Positions 1 through 13,843 of a stretch of DNA of 64,000 nt are shown one piece after another. Under the pieces are notes generated by a model that was not told the DNA's origin, ran no database searches, and saw only the letters and a program-made list of their open reading frames with translations. How positions within the stretch are numbered: the first letter of the stretch is position 1; every line of letters starts with the position of its first letter. The position numbers were made by a program, and so were the translations under genes. Location of the stretch: positions 3,224,001 through 3,288,000 of the forward strand of contig OZ037765.1 in assembly GCA_964035545.1 (NCBI GenBank), given 5' to 3'. Source of the stretch: Bugula neritina (Eukaryota; Animalia; Bryozoa).

Positions 1-793
1 TTAGATGTATGCTTATTTGACAAATGGGAATGTGGCGTAAACTGATTGGCGAATCAACAACAAGAAGTACACGTGCAATATGTATACTTGCAAATGTTCG
101 AAATGAGCAATGCGTGACTTTAAAGAAATCGTCTAAACTACAAGCACAGCGTATCAACTGTAACGACATAACTATAAAAATATTTTACCTAACGGATTCA
201 CTTTAGTACACGTTGCAGCTAGAACCGAACAACTTTATTTTCCGAGAGCACAACTACTAAATACAGTGCTTGAATTGTTTGAAAAGTAATTATTACTATT
301 CATATGGCATTTCTCACGATTTTCATTACCTGTAAATTATTATATTCATTATAAGGAATGTATTTAATGCCCAAGTTTGTCACACAAACAAATATGACCC
401 AAAATTCTCATTAGCATTATATTTTTACCTACCATTTCATTTCACACATATTAGTATGAGGTTTAAACTGCAGCTTAATTCATACCAGTGCAGTCCTAAA
501 ATGTTTTGAGTTGGATAGTAAAAATATTTACGAATATAACTTTTGGGCTATGCAAAATTTGAAACAATATCAGTACAAAGATATATTATAGTAATTTTCT
601 AAACAAATTAGTATAAAGCTATATTATAGCTGATTGAAATCAAAACATCGTACAGATGGATGCAGACAATGTAATACTTATGTCAAGAGAAAAATGATGT
701 TTAAATATTTAACTTTCCAGTTATCTGTTTTCTCTACTAGTTTCATTCTATTTTGAAACATTGATAATTTAGAAGCTCAATTGCAAAATTTAC

Positions 794-2632
794 TTATACA
801 TTATATTGCATAATAAAACTCATAGAGAAACGAGAATAGTATTTTTTGTTATTTCCAAGGGTTTCTCCTGCTGCCACTACCTTGACATATGACACGTGCT
901 GACCCGGCAGCAGTTGATAGTTACATGTGCTGAAAGAAGTGTAGTAAGAGACAGCACATTTCACATTGATCGAGTCAGCTGTACAGGGCAGCTTGTCACA
1001 ATGCTGCTGAGTAACAGCGCCACTTTCCGCTGTCAAGTAAGACGAGAGACGGGGAGGGGGAAGGTTTGGATTCAGACAGACTCGCAGTTGTATCAGCAGT
1101 TGAGACTGGTGCTCAAGCGTGAAGTTTCTGTAAAGGGCGTAGGGTGTAAGGTTAATAGTTTTTACTTCTGATCCTAAATCAATGGAGCTGTTCCTGTTTT
1201 TAGAAATTGGCAGCACCTAAAATGCGGAACAAAGATAAAATACGCTAAGAAAGAGCAGTTTTAGAATATTAAAGTCATAATCTTTATAGTACAACTATTA
1301 ATTGAGTGAGATTTTTATTTTCAAAATAATTTATATAACTGATTGCAAATAGTGGCGCTAACTACCTGAGTAAGCTGAGCTGAGGCAACTGATTCTTCTG
1401 ATGGTTTCACCAGAGCACTAACGCTGTATCTTATTGGGTAGTATTTATCTGGGTCAACTCTAATGTACAGATTCCCACCTATCCATTTAGTTATATAAAG
1501 GCATTGAGCTGTTGGTTTTCTATCAAGCCTAGGAATCCCTGTGCTCCATCGTGCTTTAGCCAGCTGCAATAATAAGGTAACATGTATACTAATAGATGAT
1601 AGTTATAAAAGATCACAAGTATGGCAAGGTGTCAGGTACAATATATGGTGACAGGGTGATCAGGTGCCGACATGCAGGTATAATAAGGTGAGCTAGGTAT
1701 ACAAAAAGGTGACAGCTGTATGGTAAAGTGCATGACATGTCTAATATGATAAAAAGTATTGTAAGGTGGCACGAATAGCAAAAAGACAGGTATAGTAAAT
1801 GACAGTTGTACTCTGCCATGCAACATTGCATGCGTTATATAAAATTTTACTACAATACGTATATAACTGAGGGAGAGTTTTAGATTTAGATTCTAATAAG
1901 GTTATCATTACCAATCAACTAACATAATTTCAAAAATAAAAGGATGTACCATGTTTTTGCCTATATTATATTACCTCAGATACTGTAGTAATACACATGA
2001 CAATCATTTATTGAAAGTTTTATTGCCTAGTTTTCCATGAAGTATATTGATCAAGACTGTAATGACAACATTATACACATAAATGATAACCAAAGATAGA
2101 ATCTCCTTACATCTTCAACTTCAGACACCTGGTTAAAAATATTCAAAAAGACTGTGCCTCTCTGTGGATCCCACTGCCAGTTGTTGGGGAGCTCTGCACA
2201 CACCTCGATAATAGCGTTGTTGAGTGCGGGACAGTCTAGGTTGGCTATGGCAATGTGGTACTCATGATTACTCAGAAACACTGGCAGGTATGCAGGGATG
2301 TACTCTATTGGTAATGTTACTGTGTGGGTCTTACCTGCCACCATACCTGCATGTGGATACAGTTATATAATCCTATTAGTACAGAAACTATAAAAATAAT
2401 GTTAGTTGTGTTATAATAGTGCTATATCTATATAAGATTTAAAAATAAAATTAATTTTAGCTTGTTAATTTTTCTCTTGAAATGATAAATTTGCACCATT
2501 TATGCCTTAAGGTATAGTATGCTTGCATAGTCTTGGTACTCTGAATACCCTTTCCTAATCATACAAAACATTTAAATGGTATTTGGCTTACTCACCCACA
2601 ATGCACAGACTTAAAGCAGCAAAGAATAGCAT
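794..2632 (-). CDS. Uncharacterised secreted protein, paralogue 1 (4 exons: 2596-2632, 2111-2346, 1366-1563, 794-1216; ~297 aa)
   Basis: GT-AG bounded exons join in frame (phases 1,0,0); exon 1 encodes hydrophobic signal-like MLFFAALSLCIV; exon 2 motif DCPALNN..IEVCAELPNNWQWDPQRGTVFLNIFN is shared with the paralogue at 4156-6763. Confidence 0.8.
1571..1812. repeat. Degenerate intronic minisatellite (~20-bp units like GTATAATAAGGTGACA)
   Basis: Recurrent ggtat..aaggtgac-like words in intron 2 of paralogue 1. Confidence 0.45.
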
Positions 2633-4155
2633 GATATTGTAGAGCTTGCATACATTTATTTGCAAGTAATACTGCAATACTGTGTGTACACATACAATGT
2701 GTGCCGTTTCAATTTACTTCACCATAGTATCTTACACTGAGTAACATCAGATGTTATTTTATCTAGTTGCTACTCTATACGTATAAGGAGTCCGATTACA
2801 TGCATTTTATCTAAACTCTGCTGGAATTGCTTACTATATATACTTAGTTTATTATGTTGTGAGACTCGGGAATTAAAATCGGCTTTTTAAAATTTGCTGT
2901 TGCATGATCCTATTCCCTTTGCAATGGCTGTATGTAGTTGTACAAACCTATTAGTATTACAATCACATATTGTTGTTTGAGCTTAAAAGTTACATAAAGG
3001 TAAGATTTATTAAGTTAATCAAAGGTATATAAATGCATGATAAGGAGAACTATCGCACAAATAATAATTAACGCTTAAATGTTTGTGAAGTTATCCCCAC
3101 TACACACTTGCTGAGAAGTAGAGTTGCTTCCCCTTTTGATTAAGTGGCTGATGACTTATAATAAGCTCATTCTACATTGTCATATATTTTTCTGAATTAA
3201 AGAACTAGCAGATGTGCCTTATATTGTATGCTCCTATCAACTAGATTGAGTACTAAATTTATTCTGCATCTCAGTATTTGATTAGCAGCTATCTTAGCAT
3301 CAGCTGTTGTTTCTGCAGGCAAAACAAACAATTGTGACATTGCAAATATTAAATGTGACTACATCATGTGACCTTATGTTACAGGTAGAGTTATAAGCTA
3401 TTTCTTTTCTTATTTTAATTTTATGAACAAAATAGCTTCACTATAGATATTTAAACGGATATGTAATAGAAAAAAGTTAACATGCTTTACATGCATACAT
3501 TAGTACAGCAGTTGATTCGAGTTTGAAAATGTTGCATTGTATAAAGCATAGATACTAAAGGGAAGGTGAAATACCCTCTACTTCTTTATATATGCTGCAT
3601 GAGTGGATAATTGTTTTGACTCAACTATTTGCTGGCTTTTGCATGGTTGTTGTTAAAATCTCACTTGGTAGCAAATGACTGTGAATTTTTGATCACGTGA
3701 TTCTAGCAGATTTCCTTTTGCAGTTTATATCTTGCATTGCAATTTTCATATACTTCTATAAGATTGAAAAAAACATATTATTATCCTTGCTATGTTTACA
3801 ATATATTTATAGTATAACTTTACTTATATTAGTATATATAAAGTAGCCAGCTCAATGCTGTGCTTATATAGCAGTATAAGTAGTTTTGATGGACTATGCA
3901 ATTTACGCTGTGTTTTGTTGCAAATACTACTAACGTAGTTATTAAATCTGTTATTTCTTGAATTAGATAAAATGTTAATAAGCCACTAATTTATTATTAA
4001 ATAACACATGGCTTATTCCAAGTACTGAATGGTGCAACTGGTACCACACACACAGTGTTTAATACAAATGCTACAACAATTTAAAAACTCATCTCAATAA
4101 AGAATTGCTAATAGGCACAGTGACTTTATTTGATGAAGTTACAAGTAAATACTTT

Positions 4156-6763
4156 CTAATCAATCTGAAAAGAAGCTCCATAATTAAGCTCACTCATATA
4201 TTTCCCAGTACTATTGTCTAGTTCCCCACCCGCAGCATGTACAGTTACAAACACCTGCTGAGGCTTGTCTTTTAAACTGGCCTGACAGTTGCTCACAGGA
4301 AGTGGAGTGTTGATACTGCAGATTACATCTGGTGAGTCAGGCATGCACGGCAGAGATTTGCTGCACATGTACTGAGTGAATGTGCCTTGAGTAGCAAGGA
4401 TAGTAGAGCTCATGTTTAGATTGGGCTGGTAGTTGTTGAGACAGAGATCTAAGGCTATAGTCATATCTTCATCAAACTCTAAAACTATAGACTCTGGCAA
4501 AGAGACAACTGGGGTCAAGGTTGTTATGGTAGCTTTAGGTCTTTGAGGTGGTTTAGTATGATGAGATCGGGCAGCTGTCTTGCCAACCTATAAGCATCAC
4601 TGTGATAATTAGTAAACCTAATCCTATTGTATTTATGTATAAACCTTTGCCCTCGATGATAATATATTTATAGCAGTGAATAAAATAAAAGCTATGCTTT
4701 TTGGCACACGGCTTAAGTCTTTTCAACAGCAAAAACTTCTCCAATAATGACACAGGAAACTGGACTGTATAGTTTGCACTTTGCTTTATTGATGTAATAT
4801 CTTGAGATGATAAAAGACAATTTGATATTTACTAGTTCTTCTTTTATATAATCTATAAATATTGTTTCTCATAAATATATGTATAAACAGTAGCTTAGAG
4901 TTTGTCTTAAATTGTTTTGATTATCAGCTAATTGTTACCTGTTTTTGCCAGTCACTGACTGTCTTAGAGCTGTTAACCAGCACGTCAACAGTGAACTGGA
5001 CTGGATTGAAGTTGTTAGCGTCTACTCTCACAAATAGGTTGCCTCCTGGCCAGAGATCTATCTGAGTACAAGGTTCTGGTACAGGGCTTGTGTGGGGCCG
5101 CCCAGTGCTGGCCAGTGCCTTTGAAAGCTGTTAGAAAAAGCTAATATAAATCTTCAATTTAAAAACTGAGGAACAGCAAAATTATTATATAATTCTTAGT
5201 TGACATTTGTGTAATCTGATAATCTGTGACTTCATCAGCAAACAAACAGTAGTATTTTTCTACTATAATGTGTTAAAATAAACTCTTTAAATAGACCTTC
5301 TAAATTTTCTCTTTAATTTTTCATTATGACAATAGTTTATAATCTGTTTAAATAAATTCTAAGACTTTTTATAATGATGTGTCATTGAACAAAAAAAGGG
5401 CTAAAAGATATTTTTAGCTTCTGTTTGAAACAGAGTTTTGAGCCAATGTTATGAAAACTTGACTCGGCAAAAAATGTTGCATTGTTGCGAATTGGCTTAG
5501 AACAACTCCATTAAACCAACACAGATTACTGGGATTTATTAAACTATATTATGGCAACTTGGGCTACTATATTGCTACATAAACATAACATCTATAAAAT
5601 TGACAAAAATATAATTTTGGCTATCAAACAATTATGCACTTGTAATAAAAAGGTTTTCAGGGCAAAGTGTAAAATGATGCACTAAAAAGTAGGAAAAACA
5701 TTTATATAAATAAGTTGATGGCTGCTTACATTGTTGGTATCTTGAGTGTTGTTAAAGAGATTCAAGTAAACATAACCACGGAAAGGATCCCATTGCCAGT
5801 TGAGGGGAAGTGAAGCGCAGACCTGGAGAGAGGAGTTTATTAGACTAGGGCAGTCTATATCAGCTGTGAACACTGTTGTGTCATATGCACCCAGCAGGTA
5901 GTCTTTTGCAGCCACAAACCTCAGTGGAATATTCACTACATTCAGGGAACTAACTGCTTGTGTAGATATACCTATACAGCACAATATAAATTATGCTTTT
6001 AGTCTAAAAATGCTGATAATGTTATAGCATGTATATAAAAATATACATACTCACACTGCATTCTTTTTAGAAGAAACACAATATATTCTTTGTATTAATG
6101 CTTTCTGAATAAATACCTTTTTTAACAGTATTACGATTAGATATTAAGGATTTTAAGTCATTGGTTGTGTACCTACTTTGTGAAATGTTGTGAGAATTAC
6201 TCTAACTTCAAAACTGTAGAGCCCGTATAGAGGTATATTATTATAAATATAATATTGTACAAGGGTTAGTAAACGGTTATTTTAAATATCACCTTACAGA
6301 GAAAAAGTAATCTACAAATAAGAATTTATATACATAAAAACATAAATGCTATAACTAAGTGATATAAAGCAGTTTAAAGTATATAGTTATTTAAATTTGA
6401 TTGACTTTTGTAGCTGAATTTCAAGTTTTCACTTTGTTTATCAACTATCAGTTAGGATATGCAGAATTTTCTCAGCGTTTGAACACGAACTTAGAATAGT
6501 GTGTTATATATAGAATAGCCAAAAGCACCATGTGAATGCGCTATCCAATGTAATTGAAAATTCACCATTTTCTTCTCATACTTCAAAAGCAATTTTAGTT
6601 TAAACCAAAGAACTAAAACTTACAGTTATTGGTTTAATGGTTTAAATTATAGTGAGTTATACCTATAGACTATTGTGACAGCTTATCAAAAAGAAACAAA
6701 ATAAATTCTAAACATTTGATACTTACAGAGAAAAACAAGAATCTGGGTCAAAAGAAGTTCCAT
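4156..6763 (-). CDS. Uncharacterised secreted protein, paralogue 2 (4 exons: 6727-6763, 5730-5971, 4939-5127, 4156-4587)
   Basis: Same exon structure as paralogue 1 incl. 37-nt first exon (MELLLTQILVFL); DCPSLINSSLQVCASLPLNWQWDPFRGYVYLNLFN; exon 3 WPGGNLFVRVD matches WIGGNLYIRVD; splice phases compatible. Confidence 0.8.
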
Positions 6764-9700
6764 TTTTTTCACACCAAACTAATAGCTAATCTTAACTACT
6801 CCATGATGTACTAATTAAAAGGCTGTATGCTAGTTATATAAATAAAATGAGCATGCCCTATGCTATGGGAAAGTTTCCAGATGATAAAAACTTGCATGAG
6901 TTGAAAATGTGGAACTGGACTACGTCTCAGGTGTTGCATGTAAGGTTGGAAACATTGACTAAAGGCAGACAACTTCCCAATGCTCTTATAATAGAATTAT
7001 TGACTTAGCGATCATAATGTAGCTATACTGCAGTTCTTGATAATTATACTAATAAATACATAATTTTTATATTGCATGGGCACATATTTTGAGAAAAAAC
7101 ATTAGTTAAGCAATCTAATTCTGGTATTTTCTTTGCAAAGCTTCTTGAGACTATTGCCTAAATAATTTTCCACTTTCTTTTTTCTAAACAAAGAAATACT
7201 GTTATAGCTTAAAATGGCTATACAATATACGTTTAGTTTCAAAAACAATCTATATATTAATATATAATAATGTTTGTCTATAATTATTTCTGCAGTAGTA
7301 TTTGAATGAAATAATATTGGTCATGTTATATGGCAAATATTATTTTATTTGCTATGCATGGTGGTATGCAAATAAATTTTAAAAAATTATTTTAAATGAC
7401 CTTACACCTTGTTAAGGTAAAAACATTAATCCTGAATAGTATACCCTGAGTCTGCATCACCTAAACTATTAACCCTTTTATTCATAAACTTTTAAGCAGT
7501 TACTTTGTTCACTAGGACTATATAAATTATAAGTGGTTGTTCACATGTGTAGACGCTGCACATGAAATAATTAATCGACATTTTCAAACAGTTGTAAACA
7601 AACTTACATAATACTTGTGTAATTTCTTAGTATAGTTAGCACATTATTTAGCATATTGCTTTTCATGACAAAAACTTTTAATGTCACAATTTTTACTTGC
7701 TGAATTTTCATCCGTTAGAAGTTTTATATAATAGAATGTTTTGAGATTACGCTGAGGTATTTGCAGTAACAATCAACAAATTTAACTCAGAAATGAAACA
7801 ATTAGTATTTTAGTATGTGCTTTCGACTCTGTAAGTAGCTTTCTATTTATATAACTGTACAAGTTAATTATATTATAGTAAACATGTAACTGTTAGTTTA
7901 TTAAATTATAAGCAGTTTACTATAGTCTTCAAACTTGTTTTACTAGAGCTAGGTACAGCTATATAGCCTTTTTAATTTTTAGCTTTTTAAAAAAAATAAA
8001 TTAATTAATTATTTATATCAATATTACAACTTATTGTTAGGTTTTATGAATGACATAAAATTATACTAAATTACATAATATTATTATAATTTAAACTATA
8101 TACATCATGTGTTTATGCTATAGCAAAATATTATATTATATATGTATGTTTTTGTTCTATAATAGCGATCAAGAATTTATAGCAACTGTATACAAATTGC
8201 TTTATTTTATGTTAAATGTCATGACCAGTTAAATAAAAACAGAATAGATAGAACACCGTATTCAAATGTAAATACCTTCAGGAGTAAATCTGTTGGCTTC
8301 ACTGATTAGGCATAAAAGCAAGCTGTTAAAAGTAAATGGTATATTTAAACTGCCAGTTTAAATGATCAAACCATTACTTGTCGTTGCCTATTGAATATGA
8401 TTTTTCCTAGTTTAACTATTCAACAAGGAATGACTCAATTTTAACTATAACTAACCTAGCTGTTTATCCTTACCTACGTTGCCATAGGTTTTAAGGTTTG
8501 CATGCGCCTATATAGCAAGTAAATTTATTAGGTTGCATAATACAGACCTGTGAGAAAGTTCTTGCTAGCCAGTTGTGTTAAATTCAATGAAAAAACAGAT
8601 TGAACTGCAGGCGAAATTGAGTAGACTGTAAAATTTTTATTTGTTTCTGATTAGTTTGCTGCTGCTGCTGCAAAAACGATAAAAATGAAAAGAAAAACCA
8701 AAAGGAAGAAAATTCTAAAAAGAATGTAGAGCGGAGAGTGAGGCTGTATACACACAGCTCTCTGTATTTGGTTGAAAATAATAAGAGCTCTGCAAGACAG
8801 AGCGGTCAATCAAGTGAGTATGGAAATACATTTTACAGCATGCATGTATGAGTCATTTCACTTAATACAGATTCATCAATAGAATTGAGACTAAACATTA
8901 CGATTAGGTTTATCAAAAATAATAAAATTAAAAAAGTTGTAGTAGTCTTTATTCTGATTACAAAAATGTGCGAGAAAACACGTTGATATAGGAAATGTTT
9001 CAATATTAAAGTGCATTGAATAGCCATATTGGTAATTAAAATGCGGATGCAATCATGCATGTGCAACATATAATACCTGACTATCTTTGAAAGCTGCTAG
9101 TTGTCTAAATTATGGCTATTAGATAAAAACTCAGCATGTTTTGTATCTCATTTAAGAACTGAAAAACTGCAATTTATTTTTGTGGAAAATCAACTTATGC
9201 AAAATTACATGATTCCAACTTTTGAGAATTAAACATGACTTAATAACCATTGTGCAAATGTCATTAAAACAGTTTTTTACTAGAACTTAAACAAAAATGT
9301 AAAAAACGTAGCAAAATGAAGCTAATGTTTACTTTTTAACTTTTATTTGTCAAAAAACTATTAATTTTAGACAAAAGCTATAATTCTATAAAATATTACA
9401 TTTACCCCCATTAAGTGTGAATACAAACATAGCTAATTAAAATCTTTTGCGAAAAAGCGAAAAAAGCTGTCGAAACAAAATATTTCATTTTAAAATATTG
9501 CACTTTTAAGTTCATATCACATTATCTAAGTCTGATTTCATTATAAAAAATATACCATATAACGTTGTAAAAAGTTGACAACTTCATTAAAATTTCCTAA
9601 AATAATATAAATACTCTAAAAAACTTTATTCTGCAATTTTAAGCATTTAATTGAAGTCAGTTTCCAATTTGAAAATGTAGCTGTACTAAGATCATTGTGA

Positions 9701-9826
9701 TACATGCAGCAATACTACTATAGTTGTAATCTACTTCTATACAACTTTTGCCTTCACTAATATTCCAACCATTCAATCTTCAGGCTCTCCTAGTTTTTAA
9801 ACTCAAATAAAAGCTGATAAAACTTT

Positions 9827-9898
9827 TGTCCCCACTGGGATTCGAACCCAAGACCTTCTGCTTGCAAGCAGTCGCACTAACCACTACACCACAGGACC
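9827..9898 (-). mobile_element. tRNA-derived SINE-like head / tRNA pseudogene
   Basis: A-box TGGTGTAGTGG and B-box GGTTCGAATCC; anticodon arm replaced by palindrome CTGCTTGCAAGCAG; imperfect acceptor stem; diverged second copy at 13769-13843. Confidence 0.55.
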
Positions 9899-11093
9899 AC
9901 TGTGTAAGCTTCATTCTACAAGTTCTACCTATTCTGTCATTGTATTTATAGACCCCAAAACTGAAGATGTAATACACTTGGAACATCTGGAGGCGGATTT
10001 ATCTCTAACCACCAACAGTACCCCACCACAATCCTAAATCACTTTTTATAGATACCCGCTGACCCTATAAAAAGATGTCTTCCTAGCTTTAACACTTTGA
10101 GGTTACCATGCAGACAGCTTCACAAAGACTAATATACTTTATTTGTTCTGTAATTAAAACCATCTAAATTATGCAGTTTATGGTTTATTTTGGATATGTT
10201 TGCAATATGCTTTTTGGATTTTGAAAACTGGTTACAACAATGTTAATAATTAGAAAAACGTAAAATAGTTGCTTCCATTAAATTTATTAACTGTTGGGTG
10301 ATTATTGGCCATAACGTTATAACTTTTACTAAAAATACTAAATCTTACAACTTGATGTTTTCAAATGCAATGTGTTACCAATGTTGATGAAAATTTAAAA
10401 TATGCCAAAAGTTTAAGTTATTTAGAGACAAAATATGTCAAGATCAATTGGTTCATAAACAACTTGAAACATTTCAATTACTTGCATTCGACTTTATTTA
10501 TTATTTATCTATGCTACATATATTGAGTGAAAATAATAGAATGTAATTCATTTCGTGTATTAAGTATCACAAGCATTATCCATGTTATATAGGCCTACGT
10601 TTGTCTGAATAGCGTTATTGTTATAGTTGCGCTCAATTGACTAAAATAATCTTAAGAGGTTGTATTGCCAATGGCTTTGTTGAGTATTCTGTAACTTTTT
10701 CAAAATCTGCATATATAATTGTAATTTCTCTACATATAGCTATTTATCGATAGTTTAAGATAAAAATTATAATATGCAGTAAATATCACACAAGTATGTG
10801 GGATAAAAACTATTATATACTGGCTTTTGCTAAATTAATTCTTTTCAACAGAAAACTGCATATATATAATATATGAATATACAATAAGTTATTTCTTATA
10901 GGATAGCATAGTTATTATCAAAACACTTAAATTATGTTTGTATTTCACAGTAGAAGTTATTCATTTTATTTAACAGCTTATGAATAGTATTAAGTGGTTA
11001 GACAATCATCTTAATAAAAGCCATTGATGTGAAACTGCTTATAAGTTATAGGTTTTCAAATTGAATGTTACGTAACTCTTACATGTAAAAGAA

Positions 11094-12494
11094 ATGCAGT
11101 TTGCATGCAGCTATTGCCTGCACAAGTTGGCACAGCAACTAATAGCTATCTATAAGTCAATGAGCATGTGCAAAAGACGGAGAGCATTTCTTCTGCTAAG
11201 TGTTACTGTAGTACTTGGTTTAGTTATTTTGATTGCGAAATACTTGAGGTTGGAAATTGAATCTAATCATACTGAGAGATTGTTTGAATTAGAAAAAAGA
11301 AAGACTATTGGAAAACGTGAAGACTGCATTTTGTTTTTAAAAGACATGCTGAATAGAGCAGTTTACAAAGAGAACTTCAACAGCTGCCATATACAGAAAC
11401 TGAAAGCCATAGCTAGTGATATAACAAACAATTTCAACCAAGATGTAGCAAAGGTTTATCTGACTGAAAATTTATACAATAAGTTCATAAAAACATACTC
11501 CATCATCAACAGCACCAGAGAGAAGAATACAGAAGTATTTCAGCAACAGATGAATCATGATCAAAGCAAATCTTGGAGTGGTGGATCCATACATTTCATT
11601 AAGGGGTATAAAGTCAGTGGTAGTCATGCTGCACATTTGCTCACCACGCTTGCATACACTCACGATCTCAATATCGACCCCACCGGTGGACTGAAAGGTG
11701 GCTCAATCAATTGGAATCGCTATAAATCTTGTGTAGATGTTGCAGGTTTGGATCACCCCCACAGACAGTTTTATAAAACGGTCACTTTCAGTTTTATGAA
11801 GAAGTACTTTTGCACAGACGTTGTGGAATTCATGTTTGTGAGAGATCCGATTGAAAGACTGTGGAGTGCTTACAACCACTATATAGTTTGGTATAAACAG
11901 AATAAGAGCTCATTGGAAAGCTTTTTAAAAAGTCAGCACAGCTTGCTGACTTCCCCCCATAAGATGTTGTCAAGCTCAGTGAAAGAAGCTCTCAACTTTA
12001 CAAAAAGTATTACAGTTCTTTTCCAGGAATCAATGCCAGAGTCGCTGGTTCTGATGGCTGTATCGGCTAATATTAGTATTTGTGATTTGATGTACGAACC
12101 TTGTGACATTGCAGCTCATGACTGGGCAGCCAATAAATGTAACCCTAACAAACGACAGATCTCAGACAGCTCCCGAAACATAATAAAGGCAAGTAAGCTT
12201 TATATCTATGAGAAGCAGTTTTATGATGAATTAAAAGAAACATTTTTACAAAAAACAGCAAGTGAAAGTTTTCAACAACTGTTGTTTAGATACAAGAAGC
12301 TTCAGAATGATGCGTTGATTGCTTGCTCTAACAGGGTGGCCGTGAAGGCTTGGGAAAATGTCCTCTTTGCAGACTCTAAAGTAAAAGTTACTAGTGGAAA
12401 AATAATTCGATTCAGAGTTTATGGTGCAAATTCACCGAGTATTTTGACGGGAAGTTTGTTATGCATACAGGACTACTGCAGGAAACATATTTAA
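11094..12494 (+). CDS. Type II membrane sulfotransferase-like protein (galactose-3-O-sulfotransferase-like); real start probably Met at 11160 or 11166
   Basis: 466-aa ORF; basic KRRR then TM helix; 5-prime-PSB-like FIKGYKVSGS and 3-prime-PB-like FVRDPIERLWSAY motifs typical of Golgi PAPS-dependent sulfotransferases. Confidence 0.75.
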   Translation: MQFACSYCLHKLAQQLIAIYKSMSMCKRRRAFLLLSVTVVLGLVILIAKYLRLEIESNHTERLFELEKRKTIGKREDCILFLKDMLNRAVYKENFNSCHIQKLKAIASDITNNFNQDVAKVYLTENLYNKFIKTYSIINSTREKNTEVFQQQMNHDQSKSWSGGSIHFIKGYKVSGSHAAHLLTTLAYTHDLNIDPTGGLKGGSINWNRYKSCVDVAGLDHPHRQFYKTVTFSFMKKYFCTDVVEFMFVRDPIERLWSAYNHYIVWYKQNKSSLESFLKSQHSLLTSPHKMLSSSVKEALNFTKSITVLFQESMPESLVLMAVSANISICDLMYEPCDIAAHDWAANKCNPNKRQISDSSRNIIKASKLYIYEKQFYDELKETFLQKTASESFQQLLFRYKKLQNDALIACSNRVAVKAWENVLFADSKVKVTSGKIIRFRVYGANSPSILTGSLLCIQDYCRKHI

Positions 12495-13539
12495 AGTATT
12501 TCCTCCAACTTTCCAAATTTTTGAAAGTCATTCATCTCTGTTTGAACTTCAGTTTTCTACCAAATGATTAACTTAAAAGGATACTCACCTATTCTAATTT
12601 GTTCTGCCTTTTATTAATATCCATATTTATCTTATGTAGATATTAAATTATATACAGTAAAAAACCTTAAGTTTTTCTAGAATAAAAGACAATAATTTTT
12701 AAACCTATCTAAGTCAAGTATTGCCAATCACTTAAATTTTGTGCCTGTGGGAGATTGTTCTTTTGACATTTCAGCTAAAATTGTTATGCAACTTTATTGC
12801 AATACAAAGAATTGCTACATTTATACATACTTTTTATGTTATTATTTTAAAAATATATATTAAAAAAAATTAAAAAAACATAATTTTTATATTTTTATAT
12901 TATTACCTATATAATATTGTGGTTCACAAATTTTCAACAAATTGTTTAAATATTAAGTAATTAAAATGCGTTATATATATATTTTCAAATACATGTATAC
13001 TATACGACCATAAAGCAAGCAGGTGTTTAAAGGAAGGAAATTTAAAATTAAAGAAATAAATTGTAATTTTAAAACATACTACAAAAGACATGTTCAAAAA
13101 TATATCAGCAAAATTGCCTTTTTCTTATAACTCGTCATTTATAATTTACAATTTGCTATAAAATAGTTGATATTTGATGCTTATACTATTTGTGACAGTC
13201 CATCGTTGCGTATATACTATACCTGAAAGCTATAAGTGTAACTTTAAATAAAAATAAATTACAATTGTAAGTTATAAATCTAACATAGCACTTGAAAATT
13301 TCAAATTTAACTCTTTCTAGCATCACTGTGCCATATTTTTGTAAGTTGATTTAAATTTCATGTAAGCTTGCATAATTGAAGTCTATAGAACCAAAAAAAA
13401 ACATTGTATTTTAATCACTGTAAGTTATACTTTAGAAATCCTGTAAATATAGAATATATGGAGCTAAAAAACTCACTCGCGCAAGTTTATAGTTGCTATC
13501 CCTGTGAGAAATCCCTGATGGAAAGGGTTTTGTAAGATC

Positions 13540-13680
13540 GGGCTAAGGACTTATTCAGATGAGGCACTGGAGCAATTATGACTGGATGCTCTTCCAAACA
13601 TTACCAATTGCCTTTGTCAGGGCTCGAACCCATAACCTCGTGTTTACTAGGCAAATGCTCTAACCTTTAGACCACGGCTG
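13540..13680 (-). mobile_element. tRNA-derived SINE fragment
   Basis: Minus strand reads GCCGTGGTCTAAAGGTTAGAGC..GGGTTCGAGCCC (A/B boxes) followed by a GGAAGAGCATCCAG SINE-body-like motif. Confidence 0.5.
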
Positions 13681-13768
13681 ATCCATATAAGGAGTTAAGT
13701 ATTTAGCTAAATATGGGCTGTAACTTTGGCTGGGTATGCTGTGAGTTGCAGTGTTGAGTTTACTCAGT

Positions 13769-13843
13769 GGCCCTTGTGTTGTAATGATTTCTAGAGTGTC
13801 TGCTTGCAAGCTGAAGGTTTTGAGTTCGAATCCAGTGGGAGCA
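13769..13843 (+). mobile_element. tRNA-derived SINE-like head, same family as 9827-9898
   Basis: CTGCTTGCAAGCTGAAGGTTTTGAGTTCGAATCCAGTGGG aligns to the 9827-9898 copy. Confidence 0.5.

Noticed and set aside
896-1171. Antisense ORFs over real exons or genes (also 15186-15524, 25937-26266, 28126-28395, 32761-33039, 34985-35311, 35814-36074)
   Set aside because: Shadow frames of opposite-strand coding sequence with no independent motifs
9827-9898. Functional tRNA gene
   Set aside because: Anticodon arm cannot form a canonical 5-bp stem with 7-nt loop and the acceptor stem is mismatched; a diverged second copy suggests a repeat
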